The notes beneath the pieces are model-generated. The model worked only from the letters and a program-made list of their open reading frames with translations, had not been told where the DNA came from and made no database searches. A program made the position numbers and the translations under genes. DNA of 27,773 nucleotides from a virus (Duplodnaviria; Caudoviricetes): positions 1 to 27,773 of IMG/VR virus record IMGVR_UViG_3300033755_000019. One strand, given 5' to 3'. The stretch's first letter is position 1; each line of letters starts with the position of its first letter. Positions 15,853 to 25,519 of this stretch are shown here, piece by piece.

Positions 15853-16278
15853 ATGCGTCTGAGCAAGAAAATCACCGCCGTTTTCCCCATCCCCAACGAC
15901 CCCGACAAGGGCGAGGTAACCCTCGTCTACCTGACTCCGGGCGAAGTGGAAGACCTCCAGGAAGAGATGGGGGCTTTCGACACCGTGATGCGCCGCGGTG
16001 AAGGGGGCACCCTCGAACCGGAAATGCGCCAGAACCCCAAGCTGGGTGACAAGCGCTACCTGCTGACCTGCGCCGCCGTCGAAAGCTGGCGCAACATCAA
16101 GGACGCCGAGGGCAGGGCCCTCCCCTGCAACGAAGAGACCAAGCTGATGGTCGCCCGGTCGGCCGAGATCACCAAAGAGAATGGCGAGGTCGTGGGCTTC
16201 CCGACCTGGATCAACGAGTGCCGGGCCGGGCTGGCCAAGATCGTCCGTAAGGACAAAGAGGCCGCCGAAAAAAACTAA
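15853..16278 (+). CDS. tail assembly chaperone (gpG-like)
   Basis: GGAGG RBS; VESWRNIKDAEGRALPC motif; ends ...EKN at a slippery site. Confidence 0.88.
   Translation: MRLSKKITAVFPIPNDPDKGEVTLVYLTPGEVEDLQEEMGAFDTVMRRGEGGTLEPEMRQNPKLGDKRYLLTCAAVESWRNIKDAEGRALPCNEETKLMVARSAEITKENGEVVGFPTWINECRAGLAKIVRKDKEAAEKN
16269..16275 (+). other. -1 programmed ribosomal frameshift site A AAA AAC
   Basis: X XXY YYZ heptamer in frame immediately before the TAA; the -1 frame stays open to 16631. Confidence 0.85.
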
Positions 16279-16631
16279 TCGCGTGGGGCGAATGGGCCGT
16301 AGGTGACGCGGCCAGTTGTGAGAACTGCCGCGCCACCTGCGAAAACGACGGGGTTGAACCCCCATGCGCAACCTGCCCGCGCCCTACGCATCTTCTCGGA
16401 GAGAACGAAATCGCATGGCATCTGTGGCAGATACTCGCAGGATACGACAGGCCTCTTGTAGCCGGGGCGGCTGGGGCGCTTCGTCTCATCCTTCAGGCTA
16501 CGGATGTGGTTCGGGTGTGCGAAGCCCACGGCCGAGCGACCTGGGAAGACGTGGAGAAGATTCTGAAGCTGGAGTCTTCGTTGTTCCCGCTTCTCGAAAT
16601 GAAGTGGGAGAGACAAAGAAAACGGGAGTAG
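16275..16631 (+). CDS. tail assembly chaperone frameshift extension (gpT-like; full GT product 15853-16631)
   Basis: -1 frame reads LIAWGEWAVGDAASCENCRATC...PPCATCP...ENEIAWHLWQ...KILKLE...RKRE*; absent from the ORF track. Confidence 0.85.
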   Translation, partial: LIAWGEWAVGDAASCENCRATCENDGVEPPCATCPRPTHLLGENEIAWHLWQILAGYDRPLVAGAAGALRLILQATDVVRVCEAHGRATWEDVEKILKLESSLFPLLEMKWERQRKRE

Positions 16632-16648
16632 GGGGGCTTACGCCCCCC
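16631..16648 (-). terminator. hairpin between convergent genes
   Basis: GGGGGGC-TTAC-GCCCCCC; GTAA (GNRA) loop on the minus strand; T-tract is offset and imperfect. Confidence 0.55.
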
Positions 16649-16657
16649 GCCTTCTGG

Positions 16658-16945
16658 TCAGTACCCCTTAGCCTTGAGACATTTCCCCAAATAGTAGGTC
16701 TGCATGAACGGGTTTCCATTCGGCCCCGTGATCTGCGCGGCCATGGCCTGGCACTCCATGTAAGCCAACTCATAATTATTACTACCGTTCGATGCGGGGG
16801 CCCCCGTACCATTCCCGTGACCCCCATTCGCTCGGATTTCCGCAATCGCTTCCTGCGGGGTCTGTCTGGCCCCGGGCCCCGTGCCCGCACAACCAACCAT
16901 CAGGAAAATGGCTGCCAAGGAAACAGCCAAGGCGGTGTGCCGCAT
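16658..16945 (-). CDS. lipoprotein moron (95 aa)
   Basis: Signal MRHTALAVSLAAIFLMVG-C; GGAGGAG RBS; opposite strand within the tail operon; two further Cys. Confidence 0.8.
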   Translation of the reverse strand: MRHTALAVSLAAIFLMVGCAGTGPGARQTPQEAIAEIRANGGHGNGTGAPASNGSNNYELAYMECQAMAAQITGPNGNPFMQTYYLGKCLKAKGY

Positions 16946-17022
16946 AACTCCTCCCCTTTGATGAAAAGCGTTGGTTGTAAAGCTGATACCCCCACTCCGG
17001 CCATCAAGGCAATGGTATAGTT

Positions 17023-20000
17023 GTGCAAATTCCTGGCATCTACGTCACAGTCCGCGGAGACATAAGCCAGCTTGACACCGACCTCCGGAGCGCCCGGGGG
17101 CTGGTCCGCGAAGCGGCCAACGATATTTCCGACGCCATGGGCAACGCCCTGAAGCCGGACCAGATCACGAGTGGCATCAGCAAGATCGTGGGCCGCTTCA
17201 ACGAGCTGACCAACTACGCCAAGGTGGCCGGCAAGTCCTTGGATGGCCTGGGAGTGGACCTGGGGAAGTTCCAGAACCTCACGGGCATGGCCTCGGACCA
17301 GTTCGCCAAGCTCCAGTCGCGGTTCCTGGAAGTGCAGAGCGTCCAGACCGCAGAGCGGGCCTTGAAGGACCTGGGCACCAGGCTCCAGCTTAACACGAGT
17401 GAGATCAAGACGATGGGGGAGCAGTTCAACCTCTCCCAGGCCTCGATCAGAAAGGTCCAGGAGGCGATGGGCGGCGTTGCCAGCTCGGGCAAGAGTCTCG
17501 GGCAGATCATCGCCAATACCTTTCTCTACAGCTCCGCTTACCGGCTGCTCGGCGTGATCCAGGAAATGCCCGGCGTGATCCTGGAAGCCTCCATGAAAAT
17601 GGAGGCTCTCCGGCGGTCTTTCGACAGCATCTTCGGCAACGATGAAGGGCCTAAGCAGTTCGCCTACGCCAGTCAGATGGCCCAGCGCTACGGAAAGGAC
17701 ATCGAGGCCGTAGCCGATTCCTACAAAAGGTTCTCCGCAGCCACCAACATCGTGGGGATGTCCGGGGACACCACGCGCCGGGTCTTCGAGGCCGTCACCC
17801 AGGCCATCACCAAGACCGGGGGCACCTCCGAGGATGTGTCCACGGCCCTGGGCGCTCTTGAGCACATGATCTCCAAGGGCACCGTCACGGCCGAGGTTTT
17901 CCGACGCCAGTTTGCCCAGCACATCCCGGGCGCCATGAAGGTCGGCGCCGAGGCCATGGGCGTCACCACGGCCGAGTTCAACCGCATGATGAAGGCCGGC
18001 GAAATTTCGGCCCTGGACCTTATCCCCCGACTCGTCGCTCCATTGGAGAAAATGTCCGAGGGCTGGGAAAAGTCCGCGGATACCGTTCAGGCCAACACCA
18101 ACCGCCTGAAAAATGATCTGAAGTCCCTGGCGGACAGCCATTATCTTCAGCAATTTGCGAACGACACCGTAAAGCAACTGGACCAGGCGGTTCAAAAGAC
18201 CAAAGAAGCCACTACCACCATCGGGCAATTGATGACCGTGGCGAATGCCCCGGGGGTGGCTGACCGCAATTCCTCAATTCAGGACCAGGCCTCCAAAGTC
18301 AACGAAGTTGACCGGATGTCTGATCTCGATAAGCTGGACTACTACAACAAGCGCCTTCAGCAATTAGCCCAGGATAAAGCAAACGCAACTGCCAATTTTA
18401 ACCAGGACAGTGCGTCTATCTTCGGATTTATTGGCCAGTGGCGTGATTCCATCAATAATACGGCGGACACGAATAACTTACAGAACATGAAGACTAAGCT
18501 GGAGTACGTCATCCAGTTGAAGTCCGCACTTGAATCCGCAGAGAAAGCCGCAGGTAAAGGGATTGATGTAGAAGTCAACAGTGAACGTGCCGAGTGGTTA
18601 GCAAAACAACTCAGCGAGTTCACCAACACCCTTTATACCGCGCACATCACCACCGAGGTCAACGCCGACCCGCTTTTGAAGGTCATGGCCCTCATCGACC
18701 AGCTCAATGCAAAGTCGGCGCAAGGGAAGCTTAACGCCGCGACCGCGAATGTTACGTCGCTTGAGAATCCGGAAACCGTAAATGGCCTCCAGTCCAAGCT
18801 GGATGTAGCGAACCGGCAACTCCGTGACGCGCTTCCCAATAGTAAAGAGGCGGAGCAGGCCAGTGACGCCGCTGCGGCTGCCAGTGAGGCCATCAAGGGG
18901 CGTCTGAACGCCCTGGCCGAGGCCAAAGAGCAGGCGGCTAAGGCCTCGCAAGAGCTGGCTGCTCAGAACCAGTCCAGAACCGACCCCTACTACGGGACGA
19001 ACCCCGGCGAGTTCCTTGGCCTTAACGATAAAGCGGGCTCGCGAGTCTCCAAGTACTGGTCCGACTTCAACAAGAGTGGCGTCTACCAGAAGATGCTGGA
19101 CCCGGACCCGGAAGTGGCCAGGGTCGCAAGGGCGAAGTGGGCGGCCATAAGCCAGGAATTGGCTGATGGTATCCAAAAGGACAAGGAAGCCGCAGCCAAG
19201 AAGGCTATGGGCCCGGCCCGTCATGCTGTCCAGGTCGAGAAGCTGGGGGATACGGTAGACAACTACATCAACAAGAACCTCAGTGCCTCGAACAGCGATG
19301 CCTTGGGCGCGAAATTCGCCGACATTGACCAGAAGGCTCAGGGGCTCATCAGCCGGGCCAAAGAGCTTTCCATCCAGGGCGGCGTGTCCATAGACCAGAT
19401 CACTCAGAAGGTGAACACCGCTGCGGCTGCTGCCAAGGACGCCGCGGCCCAGAGCACCGTCGAGCAGCTTTTCCCGTACTTAAAGAAAGATGAGGCGATT
19501 AAGTCCTTCTGGACCGAGGTTGCGAAACACCCGGACGAGATGGCCAAGGCCGCTCGGGCTTTGAGTACAACCCTGGGCGATCTGGAGCAGAAGGTCAACG
19601 GGGTCCTGAAGTACAAGGCCGACTTGAACAACCTCAAGACGACCATGGACTACGCCGGCAGCTTCTCGGACTACAACACCGCCGCTAAAGCCTACCAGGC
19701 CAAATCCTACCAGGACAATGGGGAGCAGGAGCGAAAAGTCTGGCAAGACCTTGAAACCAGCTACGACTCCATCTCCTCCAAGATGCTCCAGACGCGGCAG
19801 AATATGTATGACCGCGTGGTGCAAAAGGCCAAGGCGGCCGGCCTGGATGAAGCCACCGCGTCCACTTACGCCCAGCTCAAGTCTGAGAAGGACACGCAGG
19901 CCTTCGTGGCCGCCAGGCTTAACTATTCCAGTGGCTTTGGGGAATATGCGGGTGGCCGCGCCCTTCAGGACACGGACGTTGGTACAAAGCTAAATAAGAA

Positions 20001-23000
20001 CCTCGCTGAATGGGAGGAATATTATAATAACCTCAAGAACTTAGCCACGTCTTTTTATAACGAGGGCAAGACGAGCTTCACTGACTTCCTGAACGACGCG
20101 ATCACTGGAAACACGAAGAAGACCGAGCTGGCCTGGAAGGACATGCTCGCCAAGATGCGCAAGGACCTTCTTGAAGCGCTTGCTGGTATGGCCATGGCTA
20201 TCACGAAGGAAGACCTTTTCAAGCCCTTGGCCGCTGGGGCGATGAACGCCGCAATCCCAGGCAGCCAGGATCAGACCGCCAGTCGTCCCAATGCTTCTTA
20301 TGGGCTCGCGCAGTCCTCGACTGGGGTTGCCGCGCTGCTCCCCGCTATCCGGCAGTATGATCTGCTTGGCCTGGTGGGCGGAACAGTGGGCGCCCCGTCC
20401 CTCATAAACGCCTTTACCTCCAGCGGGGGAAGCTCAGACTCCGCGGGCATCTCCACCTTCTTGATGGGGGTTGGGTCCTCTTCTTCCACTACCGCGTCTT
20501 CCAGCGGCGCGTCTTCGAGCGCCCTTGGCCTGACCGCGGATCAGCAAAGCCTCTTTACGATGCTCACCACCGGCTCCAATCCCATGAGCCCCGTGGACGC
20601 TTACACGCTCGTTACAAGCGCGGGTGGTAGCAGCAGTGGCTTCTCAGCCATTAGTGGGGGTGGTTCCTCCGAGGCGTCCAGCAGCGGCTTGAGCATGAAC
20701 GACCTCATGCAGTACGCCGGCTATGCCAAGACCGGCTACGATCTCCTGGGTACGTCCTCGACGCTGGCCCCGGGCACGCTTAACGACGCCGGGGCCTCGA
20801 TGTACGACAGCGAGGCCGCCGCCCTGGGGCCTGATGCCTCGCAGGCTGATCTTTCGACCGCCTGGTCGAACTCCCTTACCTATCAAAATTCTGTGACTGG
20901 CGCCGGTTCCTCCAGCCTCATGGGCGTCCTCGGGCCGGCCGCCGCTGCCGGGGGGATCGGATACCTGGCCGGTGGGTACTTTGAGCCCCAAGGTTCCGGG
21001 GCCAGCATCGCGGGGGGCGCCGGCGGGGCTCTTGCCGGCGGGTTGGCCTCCTATAGCGGTCTCGGTGCTTCACTCGCGGGCTCTGACCTGGGCGCTTCCC
21101 TGGGGCTTACCGCAGGCCTTGCTTCAACCGGCATCGGCGCCATCGTAGGCCTGGGCGCTGCCGCCCTGACCGCAGCCTTATCGCCCAGCGTAACTACCAC
21201 GGCGCCGAACGGAAACAACGGCATCACCATTGACATGACGGGTAACGGGCTGAACAACCCGAACCCGCTGTGGGGCTACACCGGGTTTACCCAGACGACG
21301 ACCGGCAGTTTCGGTTCCAGCTCCACCTCGCATTTCACCGAGCCGAGCATCGCCGACCCGGCCCTGGCCAAGCAGTGGAACACCACCATGGGGAGTGACA
21401 CCGCGAGCTTGACCTCCGGGTTGAACGCTCTGGGCATGGGCACCTCGGGCCTCGACAATTTCAGCTTCCCCGAGGAGTTCGATGTCAACTCCTCGAACCT
21501 CACTCAGGCTGCCACGAACGTCACGAACGCCATGGCGATGCAGGCGATTCAGGCGGCCGGCCTGGCTACGGCCTTCAACAACGCCGCGCAGCCGGGCGAG
21601 GACTACATCGACGAGATCAACCGGATTTCATCCGCGTACACGGCCACCAACGTCTTGGCCCAGCAGGCCGGGACCTCCCTGGGTAATCTCTCCGGGGCCT
21701 CGGATGAAGTAGATCAGGGCAACTGGGCCTCCCAGGTGGGGCAACTTCTCGGGGGCAACCAGGGCACCCAGGCGGCCCTCCAGACCTACATCGCCTCGAT
21801 GTCCAAGCCCGCAGTCGCGGCCAACACCCTGACCGCGGACCAGGCCCAGGCCAACCAGGCGATCGGCCTGATCGGCAACTCCAACGTCACGACCAGCAAC
21901 TTCTGGAATCAGTACGGCCAGGCCCTCCAAGGCCAGATGGACCCCCAGACGGTGCAGGCCTGGGCCAACGCCGCGAGCTGGATGGCTCAGTTTGACACCG
22001 CCGAGCAGCAGGCCGGCCAGGCCATCCAGCAGGTCAACAACCTCCAGATTCAAGGCCTCCAGGCCCAGCTCCAGGCCGTACAGTCAGTCAAGGTGATGGT
22101 GGATGGCCTCGATCAGTCCGTCCAGTCCGCCTATTCATCCTACAATTCGCTGAATAACCTGCTCACCAGCACCTTGCAGGGTATCCAGTGGAACTCGTCT
22201 CTGAGCCCCAATACGCCGCAGCAGACCTACCAGCAGCAGAGCGCCTATTACCAGCAGTTGCTCGGAACCGTGCAGAACGAGGGCCCGGATTCGGTAAGCT
22301 ACTCCCAGGACATCCAGAAGCTCGCGGCCTTTGCCCAGACGTTCCTGACCACCTCCAAGTCGGTCAACGGCATGTCGGCGGCCTACTACACCGACTACAA
22401 CAACGTGACGGGCAGCCTGGGGGCGCTCCAGCAGCCGATTGACCAGCAGCTCGAAACCCTGAAGTCTCAGCTTCAGGATCAGGACCAGATCGTTAATTCG
22501 GCGAACGAGCAGATCACCCAGCTCCAGCTTTCCAACACCAACTTGCAGTTGGTCAACACCTCCATCGCGGTCCTTGGCCAGGACACCATCTCGGGCTTCA
22601 ATAACATGACCGACGCCATGAGCCAGATCGCGGGGGTCGTGACCAACCTCCAGGCCCAGTACAACCTCGTGACGATTCTCGGGCAGACCCTCGGGCTCCC
22701 AGGCTTCGCCGAGGGCGGTCTCTTCAGCGGCGGCTGGCGCATCGTCGGTGAGAATGGTCCGGAGCTGGAGGCGACCGGCGCAGCCCGGATTTTCACCTTC
22801 GGCCAGACCAAGGACCTTTTCAACAGCGCGACCACCTCCTCGAATAGCGATTCCCGGGCCGTGGCCCTGGCCCACAAGGCCATCATGCAGGGCAACCAGA
22901 GTACGGCCCAAGGCCTGGCGGATGTGGTGACCGGGGTGCGGGGCACCAACCGGCACCTGGCAGCCATCCATCAGCACAACAAGCTCATGGCGGCCAAGCC

Positions 23001-23019
23001 GGCCAGGATGGCGAGGTAG
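17023..23019 (+). CDS. tape measure protein (1998 aa)
   Basis: N-terminal tape-measure domain (SKGTVTAEVFRRQFAQHIPGA), long helical Ala-rich sequence, C-terminal PGFAEGG...VGENGPEL. Confidence 0.96.
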   Translation: MQIPGIYVTVRGDISQLDTDLRSARGLVREAANDISDAMGNALKPDQITSGISKIVGRFNELTNYAKVAGKSLDGLGVDLGKFQNLTGMASDQFAKLQSRFLEVQSVQTAERALKDLGTRLQLNTSEIKTMGEQFNLSQASIRKVQEAMGGVASSGKSLGQIIANTFLYSSAYRLLGVIQEMPGVILEASMKMEALRRSFDSIFGNDEGPKQFAYASQMAQRYGKDIEAVADSYKRFSAATNIVGMSGDTTRRVFEAVTQAITKTGGTSEDVSTALGALEHMISKGTVTAEVFRRQFAQHIPGAMKVGAEAMGVTTAEFNRMMKAGEISALDLIPRLVAPLEKMSEGWEKSADTVQANTNRLKNDLKSLADSHYLQQFANDTVKQLDQAVQKTKEATTTIGQLMTVANAPGVADRNSSIQDQASKVNEVDRMSDLDKLDYYNKRLQQLAQDKANATANFNQDSASIFGFIGQWRDSINNTADTNNLQNMKTKLEYVIQLKSALESAEKAAGKGIDVEVNSERAEWLAKQLSEFTNTLYTAHITTEVNADPLLKVMALIDQLNAKSAQGKLNAATANVTSLENPETVNGLQSKLDVANRQLRDALPNSKEAEQASDAAAAASEAIKGRLNALAEAKEQAAKASQELAAQNQSRTDPYYGTNPGEFLGLNDKAGSRVSKYWSDFNKSGVYQKMLDPDPEVARVARAKWAAISQELADGIQKDKEAAAKKAMGPARHAVQVEKLGDTVDNYINKNLSASNSDALGAKFADIDQKAQGLISRAKELSIQGGVSIDQITQKVNTAAAAAKDAAAQSTVEQLFPYLKKDEAIKSFWTEVAKHPDEMAKAARALSTTLGDLEQKVNGVLKYKADLNNLKTTMDYAGSFSDYNTAAKAYQAKSYQDNGEQERKVWQDLETSYDSISSKMLQTRQNMYDRVVQKAKAAGLDEATASTYAQLKSEKDTQAFVAARLNYSSGFGEYAGGRALQDTDVGTKLNKNLAEWEEYYNNLKNLATSFYNEGKTSFTDFLNDAITGNTKKTELAWKDMLAKMRKDLLEALAGMAMAITKEDLFKPLAAGAMNAAIPGSQDQTASRPNASYGLAQSSTGVAALLPAIRQYDLLGLVGGTVGAPSLINAFTSSGGSSDSAGISTFLMGVGSSSSTTASSSGASSSALGLTADQQSLFTMLTTGSNPMSPVDAYTLVTSAGGSSSGFSAISGGGSSEASSSGLSMNDLMQYAGYAKTGYDLLGTSSTLAPGTLNDAGASMYDSEAAALGPDASQADLSTAWSNSLTYQNSVTGAGSSSLMGVLGPAAAAGGIGYLAGGYFEPQGSGASIAGGAGGALAGGLASYSGLGASLAGSDLGASLGLTAGLASTGIGAIVGLGAAALTAALSPSVTTTAPNGNNGITIDMTGNGLNNPNPLWGYTGFTQTTTGSFGSSSTSHFTEPSIADPALAKQWNTTMGSDTASLTSGLNALGMGTSGLDNFSFPEEFDVNSSNLTQAATNVTNAMAMQAIQAAGLATAFNNAAQPGEDYIDEINRISSAYTATNVLAQQAGTSLGNLSGASDEVDQGNWASQVGQLLGGNQGTQAALQTYIASMSKPAVAANTLTADQAQANQAIGLIGNSNVTTSNFWNQYGQALQGQMDPQTVQAWANAASWMAQFDTAEQQAGQAIQQVNNLQIQGLQAQLQAVQSVKVMVDGLDQSVQSAYSSYNSLNNLLTSTLQGIQWNSSLSPNTPQQTYQQQSAYYQQLLGTVQNEGPDSVSYSQDIQKLAAFAQTFLTTSKSVNGMSAAYYTDYNNVTGSLGALQQPIDQQLETLKSQLQDQDQIVNSANEQITQLQLSNTNLQLVNTSIAVLGQDTISGFNNMTDAMSQIAGVVTNLQAQYNLVTILGQTLGLPGFAEGGLFSGGWRIVGENGPELEATGAARIFTFGQTKDLFNSATTSSNSDSRAVALAHKAIMQGNQSTAQGLADVVTGVRGTNRHLAAIHQHNKLMAAKPARMAR

Positions 23020-23021
23020 CC

Positions 23022-25517
23022 ATGCTGATCTACCTCTTGGAGATGACCTACTTCGACGCCACGAGCCTCCAGCCCGTGACGCTCCGGTACTCCTCGGGCC
23101 AGCAGGGCTACTGCACGCTGCCCGGGGACAGCGTGCCCAACACCTTCTATGAGCCGCGCCTAAAAGTGCCCCTGAACTACCAGTGCAGCGTCTTCCAGGA
23201 TGGCTTGAAAGGGGGTTCGGCAGACGGCGGCTTCGGAGTGGCCGAGCTTTTGAACCATGATGGGTTCTTCGATCAGTTCATGACCCAGAACTGGGATGGC
23301 CATACCGTAAGGCTGCTTTATGGTGATGACGGGGCCGGCGGAAACACGAACGGCAGCTACAACAACTTCAATGTGCTGCTGACCGGGGTGATGTGCCAGC
23401 CCGAGTTCACCTGGAACATGATGAACTTGAAGGTGAGGGACTACACCGAACTCTTCGATAAGGCCCTCTCCCAGTTCACCTACCTGGGGAACAATGTCGC
23501 CGGCAAAGGGGTGGAGGGGCAACCCACGGACCTGATGGGCAAATCCAAGCCCATGTGCTTCGGCCGCTGCTACAACATCACGCCGGCCTGGGTGAGCCAG
23601 GCCTACCTGATCTACCAATTCCACAATGGGCCGGCTCAAGCCGTGGACATGGTTTACAGCAACGGTTCTCCGCTGGCCCTGGACTACGGGGTCAACGGAA
23701 CCGTGGAGACAGCAGCGGCCACCTACGTGGGGGCCTACAGCTTCTCGCTGACCGGCGTGAACAAGACCAGCACCTATGTGGCTGGGCTACCCTTGGTAAT
23801 CACCTACACAGTCACGGCCTCCGGTAGCACCACAACCTACGTCGGCAACCTCGTGGTGCTGTCCTCGACATACACCGGGGGCAACACGGTCGTCACCTTG
23901 GGCGATCCTGCGGGGCTCCTCTATTACAATTTTGCCTTTACCAGCGGCTGCGCCATCACCCGGATTGCTTATGGGGGTGGCGACTGCCCGGCCCTGGCCG
24001 GCACGACGGGCTTGTATGCGGCCGTTCCTCAGCCGGGCATGTACTGCACCTGTTTGGCCTTGGGCATCTTCATGACTTCTGGAGGGTCCGCTTCCACGGC
24101 CATCACGGCCGATGTGCGGGGGGATGCCACTGGAGGCGTCTATGTCAATACGATAGCGGACATCGTTCAGCGGATCGCCACATCGTATGCCCAGCGGCCC
24201 CGCAAGAACTATCTGCCCTGGAGCGAGGCCTTCAGCTCCGGCTCGTGGACGAACTCAGGGTTCACGCTCGCGCTGAACCCTGCTGGGGTCGCACCGCCGG
24301 TCGCAGGCATGGGCCTGGCCCAACTGAGCGGGGCCGCAAACAGCAATTTTTCCTACACACTGGCCCTGGGCACGGGCATGTATTGCCTGTCCTGGCACGT
24401 CAAAGGCACTGGCAATGTGGTCCTGGAGATATCCGATCCCTCCAATGAGGCCAACAACTGCCAGGCCACCTTCAACTTGACCACTGGCCTCTACTCGAAC
24501 GTCCAGGCCAATGGCCTGGCGGTGGGTCCCCAGTACCAGGCGACCGGGTTCATCACTGAGGCTGGGGTTATCGGAGTTCCGAACGGCTTCTGGCGCATAT
24601 GGCTCGCGGGTCAGCCGAACTCCAGCTTCACGAACCTGAAGGTCAAAATCATCTCGGCGGACAGTACAGCTTTCGTGATCGGTGGCGCGATGGTGGAGGC
24701 CTATGCGAGCCCGGCCATCTACACCGGGCCAACCACGGGCACTCCGGTCGGCACGGACACCGTGGGTGCTTACTATGCTCTCGGGTACGACCCGATCCTG
24801 GGCCCCGGGATCAACGCCGCGAGCTTCGCTGCCTTCAAAACCGCGGCCCCGTATGAGGTGGGGTACTACCTCGGGCCGGGTGACACCACGACCATCGGGG
24901 ACTTCAACAACCTGCTCCTGGAATCGGCCGGTGGCTGGAGCGCGTTCGACCGCTCCGGGAACCTGATGGCGGGCCAATTCAACAAGGCCAGCCAGACCGC
25001 AACGCCGGTCCAGACGTTTAATCCCTGGTACATCCTCTCAGACAGCTTCGACCGCTCCGCGCCTTTCCAGACGAAAGACGGGACGCCAGCGTTCCGCATC
25101 GTCTTGGACTGCGCGTGCAACTTTACGCCCCAGGCCCAGGCCACCCTGGCCTCGGCCCTCTGGACCAACAACCCCAATCGGGTGGCCTGGGTCGCCCAGC
25201 AGTGGCGCCAGGCCAGGGCCGAAGACATCACCGCATTATTTCAGCATCCACTGGCCTGCGAATTGGACTTTACGACGTATCTTACGCAACAATCTGATGC
25301 AATAACGGAATGTGCAAGACTACTCGCTATATACGAGAATAGGCTAGATAAGTTCACGTTTACAACGAAAATGGATTTTGCTATCGGGATCACCGTTGGG
25401 TCTGTCATAAACATCGCTGTTCCGCGCTTCGGACTGACAAATGGAAAGAATTTTGTGGTTATTAGTATGACAGAAGCGCACGAAACTGGTCATGTTACAA
25501 TCGGGGTGATGGGTTAA
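23022..25517 (+). CDS. tail tip/hub protein with inserted beta domains (831 aa)
   Basis: Follows TMP; YEPRL, ELLNHDG, GKSKPMCFGRCYNITP; OB-like C-terminus PRFGLTNGKNFVV. Confidence 0.78.
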   Translation: MLIYLLEMTYFDATSLQPVTLRYSSGQQGYCTLPGDSVPNTFYEPRLKVPLNYQCSVFQDGLKGGSADGGFGVAELLNHDGFFDQFMTQNWDGHTVRLLYGDDGAGGNTNGSYNNFNVLLTGVMCQPEFTWNMMNLKVRDYTELFDKALSQFTYLGNNVAGKGVEGQPTDLMGKSKPMCFGRCYNITPAWVSQAYLIYQFHNGPAQAVDMVYSNGSPLALDYGVNGTVETAAATYVGAYSFSLTGVNKTSTYVAGLPLVITYTVTASGSTTTYVGNLVVLSSTYTGGNTVVTLGDPAGLLYYNFAFTSGCAITRIAYGGGDCPALAGTTGLYAAVPQPGMYCTCLALGIFMTSGGSASTAITADVRGDATGGVYVNTIADIVQRIATSYAQRPRKNYLPWSEAFSSGSWTNSGFTLALNPAGVAPPVAGMGLAQLSGAANSNFSYTLALGTGMYCLSWHVKGTGNVVLEISDPSNEANNCQATFNLTTGLYSNVQANGLAVGPQYQATGFITEAGVIGVPNGFWRIWLAGQPNSSFTNLKVKIISADSTAFVIGGAMVEAYASPAIYTGPTTGTPVGTDTVGAYYALGYDPILGPGINAASFAAFKTAAPYEVGYYLGPGDTTTIGDFNNLLLESAGGWSAFDRSGNLMAGQFNKASQTATPVQTFNPWYILSDSFDRSAPFQTKDGTPAFRIVLDCACNFTPQAQATLASALWTNNPNRVAWVAQQWRQARAEDITALFQHPLACELDFTTYLTQQSDAITECARLLAIYENRLDKFTFTTKMDFAIGITVGSVINIAVPRFGLTNGKNFVVISMTEAHETGHVTIGVMG

Positions 25518-25519
25518 TC

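Noticed and set aside
16364-17020. 218-aa plus-strand ORF
   Set aside because: Wrong frame for the frameshift product, Arg/Ser-rich, and overlaps the lipoprotein gene
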